Positions 28,228 through 38,056 of a DNA stretch of 58,210 nucleotides are shown in pieces (the first letter of the stretch is position 1; every line of letters starts with the position of its first letter). The stretch covers positions 1-58,210 of the forward strand of contig JACRGE010000017.1 of NCBI GenBank assembly GCA_016212465.1, written 5' to 3'. Below the pieces are notes generated by a model. That model did no database searches and had not been told where the DNA came from. It worked only from the letters and a program-made list of their open reading frames with translations. Position numbers and translations under genes: made by a program. The DNA comes from Candidatus Micrarchaeota archaeon. Its GTDB lineage: Archaea > Micrarchaeota > Micrarchaeia > Norongarragalinales > JACRGE01.

Positions 28228-28674
28228 GTGAATGGAAAACGTTTTCTCTTGTTTCTACTTCCTATCGCGGTCCTTGTTTTCTCAGTCGCCTACTCATTCA
28301 ACTATCTTTACTACGGCTTGGAGGCTGGAACTTCAGTCTCAAAGCTTGCTAAAAACGCTGCTTTCTACGAGGGAAAAGGGGTTTTGCTGAATGGTCCCAT
28401 TGCATTCAATGTTTCACAGAACTGCTTTTACCTGTCTGGAAAAAATTTTTCAGTGAAGGTGCTAAAGCCCGCTGGCATAGAAATTATGGAAGGCGAGCGC
28501 GTTTTGGTGGAAGGCGTTTCAAGGCTTGAAAGCAGGGGTTTTATTGAACCAACAAATGTGCACGCATATTCCCTGTATCCCCTGAAATTTTTTTTCTCCC
28601 TTATAGGAGTTTTTTTGTTGGCGTTCGTTTCATGGCGCGAGCGTGCTTACCTGCGGGGTGAATGCGTTGCCTGA
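28228..28674 (+). CDS. Bitopic membrane protein with a small beta-rich (OB/CcmE-like?) ectodomain
   Basis: N- and C-terminal TM helices flank about 90 aa (GKGVLLNGPIAF...EGERVLVEGVS). The family call is tentative. Confidence 0.4.
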   Translation: MNGKRFLLFLLPIAVLVFSVAYSFNYLYYGLEAGTSVSKLAKNAAFYEGKGVLLNGPIAFNVSQNCFYLSGKNFSVKVLKPAGIEIMEGERVLVEGVSRLESRGFIEPTNVHAYSLYPLKFFFSLIGVFLLAFVSWRERAYLRGECVA

Positions 28675-29128
28675 CTGGATTACTCACATTCTATTTGCAT
28701 TCATTTTGGCTGATTTGCTGAAGGAAAAGAAGAGCCTTGTTTTAGTGGGAGCTGTATTGCCTGATTTGTTCATTGCTCCCTGGGTTTTTTTAAAAAACTT
28801 CGGTGACTCCGATTTATTTTTTGCAGTTTTCTCACCCACTCACACTCCCTTCACTTCCTTCCTCCTCTCAGCTTCCTTTTCCAGTTTTTTCAAGAAGCCA
28901 CATAAAGCGATTGCATTGCTTTCGTTTGGTTGGGCCTCCCATCTCTTCCTGGACTTGTTTCAGGCCCCTGTAGGCTACATGTTGCTTTGGCCTTTTTCAT
29001 ACGCTGGATTTGGCTTCAACCTCGTGTACTCCGACAACCTGATTCTCCCAGCAGCTGTTTTTGCTTTATTTTGTTTCTACCTGCTTTTCAAGGGACTCAA
29101 AACCAAAGAAGGTTTTAGATTTTTTTAG
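28643..29128 (+). CDS. Membrane-bound metal-dependent hydrolase (DUF457/YdjM-like)
   Basis: LPDWITHILFAFILADLL...GAVLPDL...WASHLFLDL pattern across 4-5 TM helices. The start could be GTG 28643 or 28658. Confidence 0.55.
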   Translation: MLTCGVNALPDWITHILFAFILADLLKEKKSLVLVGAVLPDLFIAPWVFLKNFGDSDLFFAVFSPTHTPFTSFLLSASFSSFFKKPHKAIALLSFGWASHLFLDLFQAPVGYMLLWPFSYAGFGFNLVYSDNLILPAAVFALFCFYLLFKGLKTKEGFRFF

Positions 29129-29282
29129 TAGTTTTGTATCCGCTCTGAAAAACGCTTGCGATTCAAACGCCAAAATTTTTTTGCATCATACACTAAAAGC
29201 AATTTTGTCAATCACCTTTTTTGGGACAGTCTTGGCAAAAGCCAAGTTTAAAATAAGGGCTTTTTTAATCTCTATTGGTTTG

Positions 29283-30248
29283 ATGAAAAAGCCTTTTTTC
29301 TCCATCGTCATCCCTTTGAAGGAACCAAACGATTACTTGAAGGAGGCAGTGGAGCACTGCCTTCAACTGGATTATAAAGACTACGAAATACTGGTTTTGC
29401 CGAACCAGCCCGCGAAAATCAAGGGCGTTAGAGTAGTCCCGACTTATACCAAAATCTTGCCCGCTGAAAAAAGAGACATCGCATTGAGGCATGCGAAGGG
29501 AGATGTTCTGGCTTTCTTGGATGACGACGCCTTTCCTAGGAAAGACTGGCTAAAGAATGCGGCGAAATACTTTTCTGATTCCGATGTGGCGGCAATTGGC
29601 GGCCCTGCCCTAACCCCTCCAAGCGATTCCCTTTTCCAGAAGGCAGGCGGTTACGTGCTTGGTTCAAGAATGGGCGGAGGCAGCTACACCTACCGTTACC
29701 TTCCTGAAGAAAAGCGGGAAGTAGACGACTACCCGACAGTAAACCTCTTTGTCCGCAAAAGCGTTTTCAAAAAGATTGGGGGTTTTGACACAAAGTATTG
29801 GCCTGGAGAGGACACGAAGCTGTGCTTAGACATCGTTGGGCTGGGAAAAAAAATCGTTTATGCGCCTGATGTAGTGGTTTACCACCACCGGCGCCCCTTG
29901 TTCATTCCGCATCTAAAGCAAATCGGCGATTACGGGTTGCACAGGGGTTTTTTTGCCAAGAAGTTTCCCAAAACGTCTTTCCGCTTCTCTTATTTCCTGC
30001 CCTCCCTTTTTCTACTCGGGCTCGTTGCCGGTCCATTTCTTTCACTTCTCTGTCCTTTCCTGTGGCTGCCTTATGCCGCAGTAGTATTGATTTATTCTCT
30101 TGCGGCACTGTTTTACGCAGTTTTATCAGGCGTGCAGGAGAACTCTTTTTCCATAACTCCTCTAGTTTTTCTCGGCATAATCTTGACTCACCTAGTTTAC
30201 GGCTTTGGGTTTTTGAAGGGACTGGCTTCAAGTGATTTGAAGCGATGA
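29283..30248 (+). CDS. GT2 glycosyltransferase with a C-terminal membrane domain
   Basis: FSIVIPLKEPNDY...DYEILVLPN...AFLDDDAFP...GEDTKLC, then 3-4 TM helices. Start set at ATG 29283; the track extension back to 29061 overlaps the previous gene. Confidence 0.8.
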   Translation: MKKPFFSIVIPLKEPNDYLKEAVEHCLQLDYKDYEILVLPNQPAKIKGVRVVPTYTKILPAEKRDIALRHAKGDVLAFLDDDAFPRKDWLKNAAKYFSDSDVAAIGGPALTPPSDSLFQKAGGYVLGSRMGGGSYTYRYLPEEKREVDDYPTVNLFVRKSVFKKIGGFDTKYWPGEDTKLCLDIVGLGKKIVYAPDVVVYHHRRPLFIPHLKQIGDYGLHRGFFAKKFPKTSFRFSYFLPSLFLLGLVAGPFLSLLCPFLWLPYAAVVLIYSLAALFYAVLSGVQENSFSITPLVFLGIILTHLVYGFGFLKGLASSDLKR

Positions 30249-30444
30249 ACTGGGAGACTGTCCCATAATTGGGGTTCTCATGCTCTCTCAAACCTGCTTC
30301 GAAAAACACTTGCCTCTGGAAGCATCCGAAGATTTCTCGTTTTGAGCTGAAAACGTATTTCGTCAAACATATTTTTTGGGTGCTCTCGGTTTGTCGAAAG
30401 CATTTAATCGGTTTTCTTCTTTAATAATGAACGGTGGTTTTTTC

Positions 30445-31887
30445 ATGAAGGTCTCCATCAGCTACCCCCCTCTAGAAGGAGAGGGCACTCCCTTGCTTTC
30501 CCAGAATAGGCAGTTTCAGTTCTTTTCTTCTCCTACCTATATCTATCCAATGGTGCCTGCCTCGGCGGCCACCCTTTTGCACAATAGCGGCTACAAAGTG
30601 GTGTGGGATGACGGCATCGCCGAGGAAGTGACTTACAGCAAGTGGTTTACTCGCTTGAGACATGCTTCACCAGACTTCATAATGCTCGAAACAAAAACTC
30701 CAGTTGTCAAACAACATTGGAAAATCATTAATGAAATCAAGCAAGCTCTTCCTGAAACGAAAACGATTTTGGTAGGCGACCATGTTACAGCTCTTACTGT
30801 GGAGTCCTTCCAGAATAGTAGAGTTGATTTTGTTTTGACTGGAGGAGATTATGATTTTTTGCTGCTGAATTTAGTTGATTACCTGGAAGGAAAAACCAAA
30901 AAGCTTGATGAAGGCATTTTTTTCAGGGAAAAAGGGAAAGTGAAAAATTCGGGCAAATTCAGGTTGCATCATGACTTGAATTCCCTTCCGTTCATCGATC
31001 GTGAGCTCACGAAATGGGAATTGTACAGCGTAAAGAATGGGAATTACAAGTGCACACCCGGAACGTATACGATGGTGGGCAGGGACTGCTGGTACCACCG
31101 CTGCACCTTCTGCTCCTGGCCGACTCTTTATCCTGTTTTCAGAACCCGCATACCCAGTTCATTGCTTAACGAAATTTCTTTGCTTGTTGAAAACTATGGA
31201 GTCAAAGAGATTATGGATGACACGGGTTGTTTTCCCATTGGATTGTGGTTGGAAAAATTCTGCAACAGCATGGTTGAAAAGGAATTGAATCGCGTTGTTT
31301 CACTTGACTGCAACATGCGCTTCGGAGCCCTTTCCTTCGAGCAATATAAACTGATGAAGAACGCTGGGTTTCGCCTCCTCTTGTTTGGACTTGAGTCAGC
31401 CAACCAAAAGACGCTTCACCGCATCAACAAATCCTTGAAAGTTGAGCAGATCGTTGACTCTTGCAAGAAAGCGAAGCAAGCGGGTTTAGAGCCCCACATC
31501 ACTATCATGTTTGGTTATCCGTGGGAGAATAAAGAAGAGGCGTGCAGAACGCTTGAGCTCGGCAAACTTTTGTTGAAGAAGGGCTTTGCTGAAACTGTTC
31601 AAGCCACTGTTGTTATTCCTTATCCTGGAACGCCTTTGTTTGATGAGTGCAAGAAAAAGGATTGGCTGAAGACGACCAATTGGTCGCGTTATGATATGAA
31701 GGAGCCGGTTATGAAGACACCGATGAAGGACGAGGAAGTGATGGGCTTGGTTCAAGAGATTTACAAAGTAGGGTTTGACCCCGAGTTCATTTTGCGTAAG
31801 GTCATCAGCATCCGCAGTCCTTCTGACTTGAAGTTTATGGCCCGGGCTGTAGGAAAAGTAATGGGGCACATAAGGGATTTCAAATAA
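30445..31887 (+). CDS. B12-binding-domain radical SAM protein (class B-like)
   Basis: N-terminal Rossmann-like B12 domain (KTILVGDHVT...VLTGGDYDF), then cluster motif CWYHRCTFC and a TIM-barrel region (LLLFGLESANQKTL). Start at the ATG after GGTGG. Confidence 0.75.
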   Translation: MKVSISYPPLEGEGTPLLSQNRQFQFFSSPTYIYPMVPASAATLLHNSGYKVVWDDGIAEEVTYSKWFTRLRHASPDFIMLETKTPVVKQHWKIINEIKQALPETKTILVGDHVTALTVESFQNSRVDFVLTGGDYDFLLLNLVDYLEGKTKKLDEGIFFREKGKVKNSGKFRLHHDLNSLPFIDRELTKWELYSVKNGNYKCTPGTYTMVGRDCWYHRCTFCSWPTLYPVFRTRIPSSLLNEISLLVENYGVKEIMDDTGCFPIGLWLEKFCNSMVEKELNRVVSLDCNMRFGALSFEQYKLMKNAGFRLLLFGLESANQKTLHRINKSLKVEQIVDSCKKAKQAGLEPHITIMFGYPWENKEEACRTLELGKLLLKKGFAETVQATVVIPYPGTPLFDECKKKDWLKTTNWSRYDMKEPVMKTPMKDEEVMGLVQEIYKVGFDPEFILRKVISIRSPSDLKFMARAVGKVMGHIRDFK

Positions 31888-31904
31888 TTGAAAAGAGGGA
31901 GAAG

Positions 31905-32729
31905 ATGCATAAAAAACCCCGTGTTTCAATTATAATTACAACCAAAAACGAGGAACAAAATATTCAGAACTGTCTTGAAAGCATAGAACAGCAGACGTAC
32001 CCAAATATTGAACTTATCGTGGTCGATAACGCGTCTGCTGACAAGACAAAAGAAATTGCGAAAAGATATACCAAAAAGGTTTTTAATAAGGGACCAGAAA
32101 GAAGTGCCCAACGGAATTTAGGAGTCTTGAAGAGTTCTGGTGAGTGGATATTTTATTTAGACGCAGATCAAATCCTTCCACCAGACATAATTGAGGAATG
32201 CGTTGATACTGTTACTTCAAATAAAGAGTTGGTTGGCCTCCATATACCAGAAAAAATAATGGGTGAGGGGTACTGGATTCGAGTGCGTGATTTTGAGAAA
32301 CAATTTTATGATGGGACGATAATAGATGTGGCCAGATTTATCAAAAAAGATGTGTTTCAAAAAGTTGATGGCTTTGACCCATCTCTTAGTGGCCCGGAGG
32401 ACTGGGACTTAGATAAAAAAATTAGGTGTTTTGGAAAAATAGAGGTAATAAAAAACAGAATGCTACATAATGAAAAGCAATTTAACCTACAAAAATACTT
32501 AGCTAAGAAAGATTACTACTGTGGATCAATGGAAAAATATGTGCGAAAATGGGATGAAAACGATCCAGACATAAATAAACAGTTGGGTTGGCGGTATAGG
32601 CTGTTTGAGGTTTTTGTTGAAAATGGGAAATGGGTTAGGCTGTTAAAGCACCCTCTGCTGGCAGCTGGAATGTTTGCTTTAAGGTTCTTGGTAGGCATCA
32701 CTTATTTAAGGGCGCGGTTTGGAAAATGA
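31905..32729 (+). CDS. GT2 glycosyltransferase
   Basis: PRVSIIITTKNEEQNIQNCLESIEQQTYPNIELIVVDNASADKT...YLDADQ...GPEDWD. Confidence 0.8.
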   Translation: MHKKPRVSIIITTKNEEQNIQNCLESIEQQTYPNIELIVVDNASADKTKEIAKRYTKKVFNKGPERSAQRNLGVLKSSGEWIFYLDADQILPPDIIEECVDTVTSNKELVGLHIPEKIMGEGYWIRVRDFEKQFYDGTIIDVARFIKKDVFQKVDGFDPSLSGPEDWDLDKKIRCFGKIEVIKNRMLHNEKQFNLQKYLAKKDYYCGSMEKYVRKWDENDPDINKQLGWRYRLFEVFVENGKWVRLLKHPLLAAGMFALRFLVGITYLRARFGK

Positions 32730-33598
32730 AAGACACAAAAACTGTTTTCGTGACTGGAGCCACTGGCTTTGTGGGCAGGCATCTGTTAGCAGCTGTAATA
32801 CACAAGAGGCTTGCCAATAAGTTCAATTTCATTCTGCTGTCCAGAAGGGAGGTTCCAGTAAACCCAGACTTCCAGCTAGTTGTGGCAGATCTTTGTGATG
32901 AAGACGTTGTAAGGAAGCAGGTAAGGAAATCGGATGTGGTCATTCATCTGGCCTCAGTTTTGGACTCAAGCGACAAAAACCTAGAAAAAGTCAACGTGGA
33001 TGCTTCTTTAGACATCCTCCGCAGTTTGAAAAAAGGTGCAAAATTCATCTTTTTGAGTTCGGCTACTGTTAACTATCCGATCAAAACAAGGTATGCAAAT
33101 TCTAAGCTGATTGTTGAAAAGAGGATAAAAGAATCAAACATTAATTATACCATAATCCGGCCTTCTTGGATATATGGAAACGGCAGCAGAAGTTTTGAGA
33201 AACTTTTGAATTACGCAAAAAACTCCAGAGTAATCCCTGTGATAAACCAGATGATACAACCAGTTTTTGTCGGGGATGTTGTTGATTTAATTATTAACTC
33301 AACAGATAAGTATGATAGAGAAACAATAGAGATAGCTGGTGAGAAAATAGCGTATCAAAGTTTTGTAGAAAGGATTGCTGCTTTCTTTGGTAAAAAACCG
33401 TTGGTTGTTAGACTGCCTTATGTTTTCTTCTGGCTGTTGTTCAATGCCTCGCAGATTCTTCCTATAAAAATATTGACCAAAGATTCGCTTGTGGATTTCG
33501 AGTACTCGACTAACGTGGATCTTAAGTTGTTAAAGAAAAAATACGGCGTCACACCCAAAAGCGTTGATGTCGTCTTGTCTGAGAAGTTGATAGAGTGA
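32726..33598 (+). CDS. NAD(P)-dependent epimerase/dehydratase-family SDR
   Basis: VFVTGATGFVGRHL and YANSKL (YxxxK). 4-nt overlaps with both neighbours. Confidence 0.7.
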   Translation: MKDTKTVFVTGATGFVGRHLLAAVIHKRLANKFNFILLSRREVPVNPDFQLVVADLCDEDVVRKQVRKSDVVIHLASVLDSSDKNLEKVNVDASLDILRSLKKGAKFIFLSSATVNYPIKTRYANSKLIVEKRIKESNINYTIIRPSWIYGNGSRSFEKLLNYAKNSRVIPVINQMIQPVFVGDVVDLIINSTDKYDRETIEIAGEKIAYQSFVERIAAFFGKKPLVVRLPYVFFWLLFNASQILPIKILTKDSLVDFEYSTNVDLKLLKKKYGVTPKSVDVVLSEKLIE

Positions 33599-34608
33599 AG
33601 AGATTTGGGGTTTCTGTTATTGGAGTAGGAGCGATAAGTGAAAGTGCCCACATTCCTAATTTATTGAAGATTCCCGCCTCTAAGATTGTTTCCATTTGTG
33701 ACATCAGGAAAGAGCGCTTGCAGCTGATGGGCGATCGCTTTAACATAACGAAGAGATTCGCTGACTACAGGGACGCGATCGATGACAAAGAGACTGATGT
33801 CGTAGTAGTGGCGACTGACGCCCCCTCGCACGCCAAAATAGTGTTATCTGCATTAGAAAGAGCCAAGCCCGTCTTCGTTGAAAAACCTTTGACGATAAAC
33901 GTAGCGGATGCTGAAAAAATCGTGAAAACGGCTAGACTGAAAAAAATACCATTGATGGTCGGCTACCAGTTGAGATTTTTGCCAAACCACAGAAAAGTGA
34001 AGGAATTGATGCGAAACGGTGAAATTGGTGATATCTATACGGCTCACGTTCGAGCCGAGACCCTTGTCATCAAAGAAAAAGAAACCCTGCTCATTGACTA
34101 TGGGACACATTTCTTTGATCTAATCCGCTATTATTTTGATAATGATCACATAGTATCTATCTCAGGCCAGCTTACTTTAAACAAAAAAGGTCTTCAAGTA
34201 GGTTCAAGCACTTTAATAAAATTTGAATCCGGGATTCATGCCAACATAGAAGCTTACTGGCTCCCGAATTTCAACTGGGGCGTGGTAGACCGGACTCTTG
34301 AGATCTTGGGTTCTAATGGAAAGATATCAACTAAAATGAGCGGTCCAGATATCAGGATATGGCGTGCGAGTTCATTCAGAGACCGGTTGCTGGGTCCACA
34401 AGTCTTCTTGCCTAAAGAGGCGGTGAGCTCTTACACGCCTTTAAGCGATTACTGTTACCATGAAGAGTTAAGGAGCTTTTTCGATTGCTTGGTTAATGGA
34501 AAAGATATGCCGATAAACGCCGAAGACGGGCTTAAAGCATTGAAGATCGCAGACTATACCTTAAAATCCCATTTGGCTGATCAGAAATTTAGGGGTTTAA
34601 AATTATGA
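33595..34608 (+). CDS. Gfo/Idh/MocA family oxidoreductase
   Basis: FGVSVIGVGAISESAHIPNL...PVFVEKPL is the canonical N-terminal Rossmann/EKP motif. Confidence 0.75.
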   Translation: MKRFGVSVIGVGAISESAHIPNLLKIPASKIVSICDIRKERLQLMGDRFNITKRFADYRDAIDDKETDVVVVATDAPSHAKIVLSALERAKPVFVEKPLTINVADAEKIVKTARLKKIPLMVGYQLRFLPNHRKVKELMRNGEIGDIYTAHVRAETLVIKEKETLLIDYGTHFFDLIRYYFDNDHIVSISGQLTLNKKGLQVGSSTLIKFESGIHANIEAYWLPNFNWGVVDRTLEILGSNGKISTKMSGPDIRIWRASSFRDRLLGPQVFLPKEAVSSYTPLSDYCYHEELRSFFDCLVNGKDMPINAEDGLKALKIADYTLKSHLADQKFRGLKL

Positions 34609-35675
34609 TACTAGAGGTATACGACACCGAGGAAGGATATGCCCCAGTTGTGAGAAAAATTTTTGAAAAGCATCTTTCAAGAATTAAGAGGAATTCCCGC
34701 ATCCTTATAAAAGCTGATTTATACGGTGGGGCAAAAAGCCCGGAGAGTGGCGCAGTTACGAACCTGGAACTGGTGGAAGAGCTCGTTCGTGACCTGAATA
34801 AACTCACCCCAAGGGAAATAATAGTCGCAGACTCCGGGAACATCATGCCCACTTTCAAGGCATTTGAGCTTCAAGGTTTTTCTGACCTTAAAACGAGATA
34901 CAGGAACCTCCGCCTTGTGGATTTTGATCTTTCCCAGAAAATAAAAGTGCAGAATGACCGTTTCATAGCAATAAAAAATATTTCCTTACCTGAAGAACTA
35001 ATCTTATGTGATTACTTCATCAACATCGCAAATTTCAAGAGGCACGTTTCTGAAAGAGTGTCTGGTTGCAGCATCAATCTATACAACTGCATTCCAGACA
35101 GGCAAACAAAAATAAGATATTTGCCTATAGTCGGATCTGTTATCAATGATCTTGTCGTTACTACAAAACCTTTTCTGAACATTCTTGATTGCACCATAGT
35201 TTTACAGGGTAGCGGACCAGTTGAAGGGGAACCCGTGAGACTCAATCGTTTAGTTGTAAGCGACGAACCCGCATTGGCTGACGCTGCAGCATGCAAGTTA
35301 ATTGGAGATGACCCAAACAGAGTTCCGCACCTTAGGGAACTCGCTTGTAGAAAATTAAAAAGCAAGAGTCTTGAAGAAATACACCTAGTAAAAAGAGTTG
35401 AGTTCATCAACTCATTTCCGTATTCGCTGGTTAGGTGCAGCCTATTTTTAAAAAAGCTTGGTTTGTACTTGGAGAATTTGGCTTACTTATTTTTCTTGGT
35501 GTCATTTGTTTTTATTTCCATAGGCCCCAAAAACCTGATCAGAGGAAGATGGGTGCCTTTTAATGAGTATTTCAAGACTGCTTGGACCATATTTTCAAAG
35601 TTCGAGGAGCCCAACAACCTGCTTAATTGGAAAATAACTATAAACAAACACGTTGAACAAGAGAGTATTTCATAA
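34605..35675 (+). CDS. DUF362-domain protein with a C-terminal membrane anchor
   Basis: RILIKADLYGG...GAVTNLELVEELV, FINIANFKRH, DCTIVLQGSGPVEGEP, VVSDEPALADAAACKLIG follow the DUF362 pattern as I recall it. One hydrophobic helix near the C-terminus. Confidence 0.6.
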   Translation: MILEVYDTEEGYAPVVRKIFEKHLSRIKRNSRILIKADLYGGAKSPESGAVTNLELVEELVRDLNKLTPREIIVADSGNIMPTFKAFELQGFSDLKTRYRNLRLVDFDLSQKIKVQNDRFIAIKNISLPEELILCDYFINIANFKRHVSERVSGCSINLYNCIPDRQTKIRYLPIVGSVINDLVVTTKPFLNILDCTIVLQGSGPVEGEPVRLNRLVVSDEPALADAAACKLIGDDPNRVPHLRELACRKLKSKSLEEIHLVKRVEFINSFPYSLVRCSLFLKKLGLYLENLAYLFFLVSFVFISIGPKNLIRGRWVPFNEYFKTAWTIFSKFEEPNNLLNWKITINKHVEQESIS

Positions 35676-35706
35676 GATCAGAAGAATTCGCAGAAAGTCT
35701 TTTTGG

Positions 35707-36870
35707 TTAAGAATACCCGATTTCCTCAAAGGCCTTTTTCGCTATTTTGTCCCACTCGTACTCTCTTGCCAGAAGCAAGGCGTTTTTTTTGTAAGCTATC
35801 AGTTTCACTTCATCAGACAATAATTCACCTAATGCATCAGAAAGCTTTTCTGGGTCATAGTCTACTACTACTCCTGCTTTTTTTTCCATGATGACCCTCG
35901 AAAAACTGGCTACCTTGGTTGTCGCGACAGGCAATCCACAGGCAAGGTATTCCTTCATCTTGATGCCGGAGTCCGCATACCAGTTATGGTGCCGTTCAAT
36001 CGGCATGTACGTTGCAATACCGACATCGCACTCAGGGAGAAATTCCAGTACCTTTTCATGGGGAAGCCAGCCCAAGAACTTCACGTTTTTTGCTAGTCTT
36101 TTTTCCTCAACCAGTTTCTGCAAGTGGTTCTCGTAGGCTCCCTTGCCTATGATGTAAAACATGACTTTAGGCATTTTTTTTATCAACCTAGGCATGGCTT
36201 CCAGTATAAGTTGCACCCCAAAATTTTTCCCCATTAAGCTGCCTGCATAAACAATTCGGAATGTCCTCTTGCATTTGGGCTCTGTTAGGAATAAGTTCGC
36301 CCCGTGGGGCACGAACATTATCCCCTCTTTTCTTGCCCCAAGTTTTTCCATTATTTCGTTTACTTTTTGCGAAGGGCTCCAGACGAAATCCGATCTCCCG
36401 ACAACGAATTTTAATAACGACTGGTATATTAGATTCAACACAGGATTTTCATATCTCTGAGGCGAATAATCGGACACGTAAAAAATCACTTCGTCAACTA
36501 CACCCAATTTTCTTAAAATGATGCCGGAAAGCGTGTTTAAGGGGTCTGCTCCAATAAAGAGCTCGAACTTGAGTTTATTTTTTTTGGATATTGATATGAC
36601 AGAGCGCAGGTTATTTAAAAGGTTGAGAACGTATCCCAGAATTTCAGAACTCCTAAAGCTAATTGTCTTTTCCTCAGAGATCTGAATGCCGCCTGAAAAA
36701 AACTTTGCCCGGGAGTACTTGTCAGAACTATAGGCAAACGGATGGGTTATAAAGAGAAAAGTGTTGCGATTCTTGCCAAGGAATTCGGCAATGGCGTGAG
36801 GGGGGCCAAAGTTATCTGTAACGTGAGTTGCCACAACCATTAGGGGATATTTGCTTCGTTTCTGTTTCAT
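35707..36870 (-). CDS. GT4 (GT-B fold) glycosyltransferase
   Basis: C-terminal Glycos_transf_1-like block VKFLGWLPHEKVLEFLPECDVGIATY...MKEYLACGLPVATT. Confidence 0.75.
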   Translation of the reverse strand: MKQKRSKYPLMVVATHVTDNFGPPHAIAEFLGKNRNTFLFITHPFAYSSDKYSRAKFFSGGIQISEEKTISFRSSEILGYVLNLLNNLRSVISISKKNKLKFELFIGADPLNTLSGIILRKLGVVDEVIFYVSDYSPQRYENPVLNLIYQSLLKFVVGRSDFVWSPSQKVNEIMEKLGARKEGIMFVPHGANLFLTEPKCKRTFRIVYAGSLMGKNFGVQLILEAMPRLIKKMPKVMFYIIGKGAYENHLQKLVEEKRLAKNVKFLGWLPHEKVLEFLPECDVGIATYMPIERHHNWYADSGIKMKEYLACGLPVATTKVASFSRVIMEKKAGVVVDYDPEKLSDALGELLSDEVKLIAYKKNALLLAREYEWDKIAKKAFEEIGYS

Positions 36871-37001
36871 TTTCCCACCAGATTTCTATGAATGCATTTC
36901 TGCCCAGCACACTTCCCTAGATATATATTAAAAATGAGGTTAATAATTCAGGAGATTTAATTGAAATAATCTCCCCAAAATGAACGACTCGCGTGGTTTC
37001 C

Positions 37002-37808
37002 ATGATGGATACTGTTCTCAGTAAAATCTTGAAACTAGTTGTTAGAACTCCAGCATACCCTTATTGGCTTGAAGAGTATAAGAAAAGAAAGGCATACGAG
37101 CATTTGCTGACTGACATCAGCGGTAAAGTGCTTGAAGTAGGTGCAGGTGACGGCTCCAGAAAAATTGAATTACTGAGAAGATGTCCTGCGATCAAAAAAT
37201 ATGAGGCAACGGATTACTCAAGCTGGGATGGGGAATTCGAAAAGATAAACGGCTGGATTAACAAGTATGGAACTCTAGCGGAAGTGTCACTGGGCTTCAA
37301 AAAAAGAAAGTTGGACAGGGTATGTAGTGCAACGAACCTTCCTTACAAAGATAACTCCTTTGATTACCACCTTAGCTTCAGCGTGCTGGAGCATATAGCT
37401 GACCCTGAGAAGTATTTCAGCGAAGCCGCAAGAGTAGTAAAAAAAGGGGGTTATATCCTGGTTTCCGTGCCATTTCTATATCGCATTCACGGCGGTGAGC
37501 CAGAACACAGGCTGGATTACTTTAGGTACGCCCACGGCTTCTTCCATGAGATGGCTGAGCGCAATGGTCTTAAGCTGACGGAGATATACATTAATGGAGG
37601 TTTTGGTACGAGTTTTGCTTCCCTCACAAACCAGTATCTTATAAGAAGAATTTTTGAATCAAATTCTCTTGTAAGAATACCGCTTCTATTAGTTTCTCCC
37701 TTTGTTTTTGTCTCAACCAACGCCTTAGGTTTTATTTTGGACCTAAAGCCAGACAAGAGGTTCCCTACCAACATTCATGTGAAATTTCAAAAGTTGGGTA
37801 AGCGCTGA
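37002..37808 (+). CDS. Class I SAM-dependent methyltransferase
   Basis: VLEVGAGDGS motif I, FSVLEHIADPEKYFSEAARVVKKGGYILVSVP. Hydrophobic C-terminus. Confidence 0.7.
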   Translation: MMDTVLSKILKLVVRTPAYPYWLEEYKKRKAYEHLLTDISGKVLEVGAGDGSRKIELLRRCPAIKKYEATDYSSWDGEFEKINGWINKYGTLAEVSLGFKKRKLDRVCSATNLPYKDNSFDYHLSFSVLEHIADPEKYFSEAARVVKKGGYILVSVPFLYRIHGGEPEHRLDYFRYAHGFFHEMAERNGLKLTEIYINGGFGTSFASLTNQYLIRRIFESNSLVRIPLLLVSPFVFVSTNALGFILDLKPDKRFPTNIHVKFQKLGKR

Positions 37809-38056
37809 GCCAGTGAGTTTAAATAGTTTTTATACGCAAACGGCTTTGCCCATAAATTATTTATTTTTTGCAGTTTTTTCTGCTCAAATGTTTTTCGCAA
37901 AAAGATTCTACTAAAACATAAGGATAAATGCGCAAAACCTCCGCAAACAATTTAAGGGGAGTTTCAAATTATTATATGGAATTTAATGTGGACTTTAACG
38001 GACTAGACTATAGTGTTTATTTCGTCTAGACTGCAGTATTATAGGAGATCATTGGA

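Noticed and set aside
29061-29282. 74-codon N-terminal extension of the GT2 ORF overlapping the DUF457 gene
   Set aside because: The conserved GT2 N-terminus (FSIVIPL) begins right after the internal ATG at 29283. The extension overlaps the 3' end of the previous gene and has no transferase homology.
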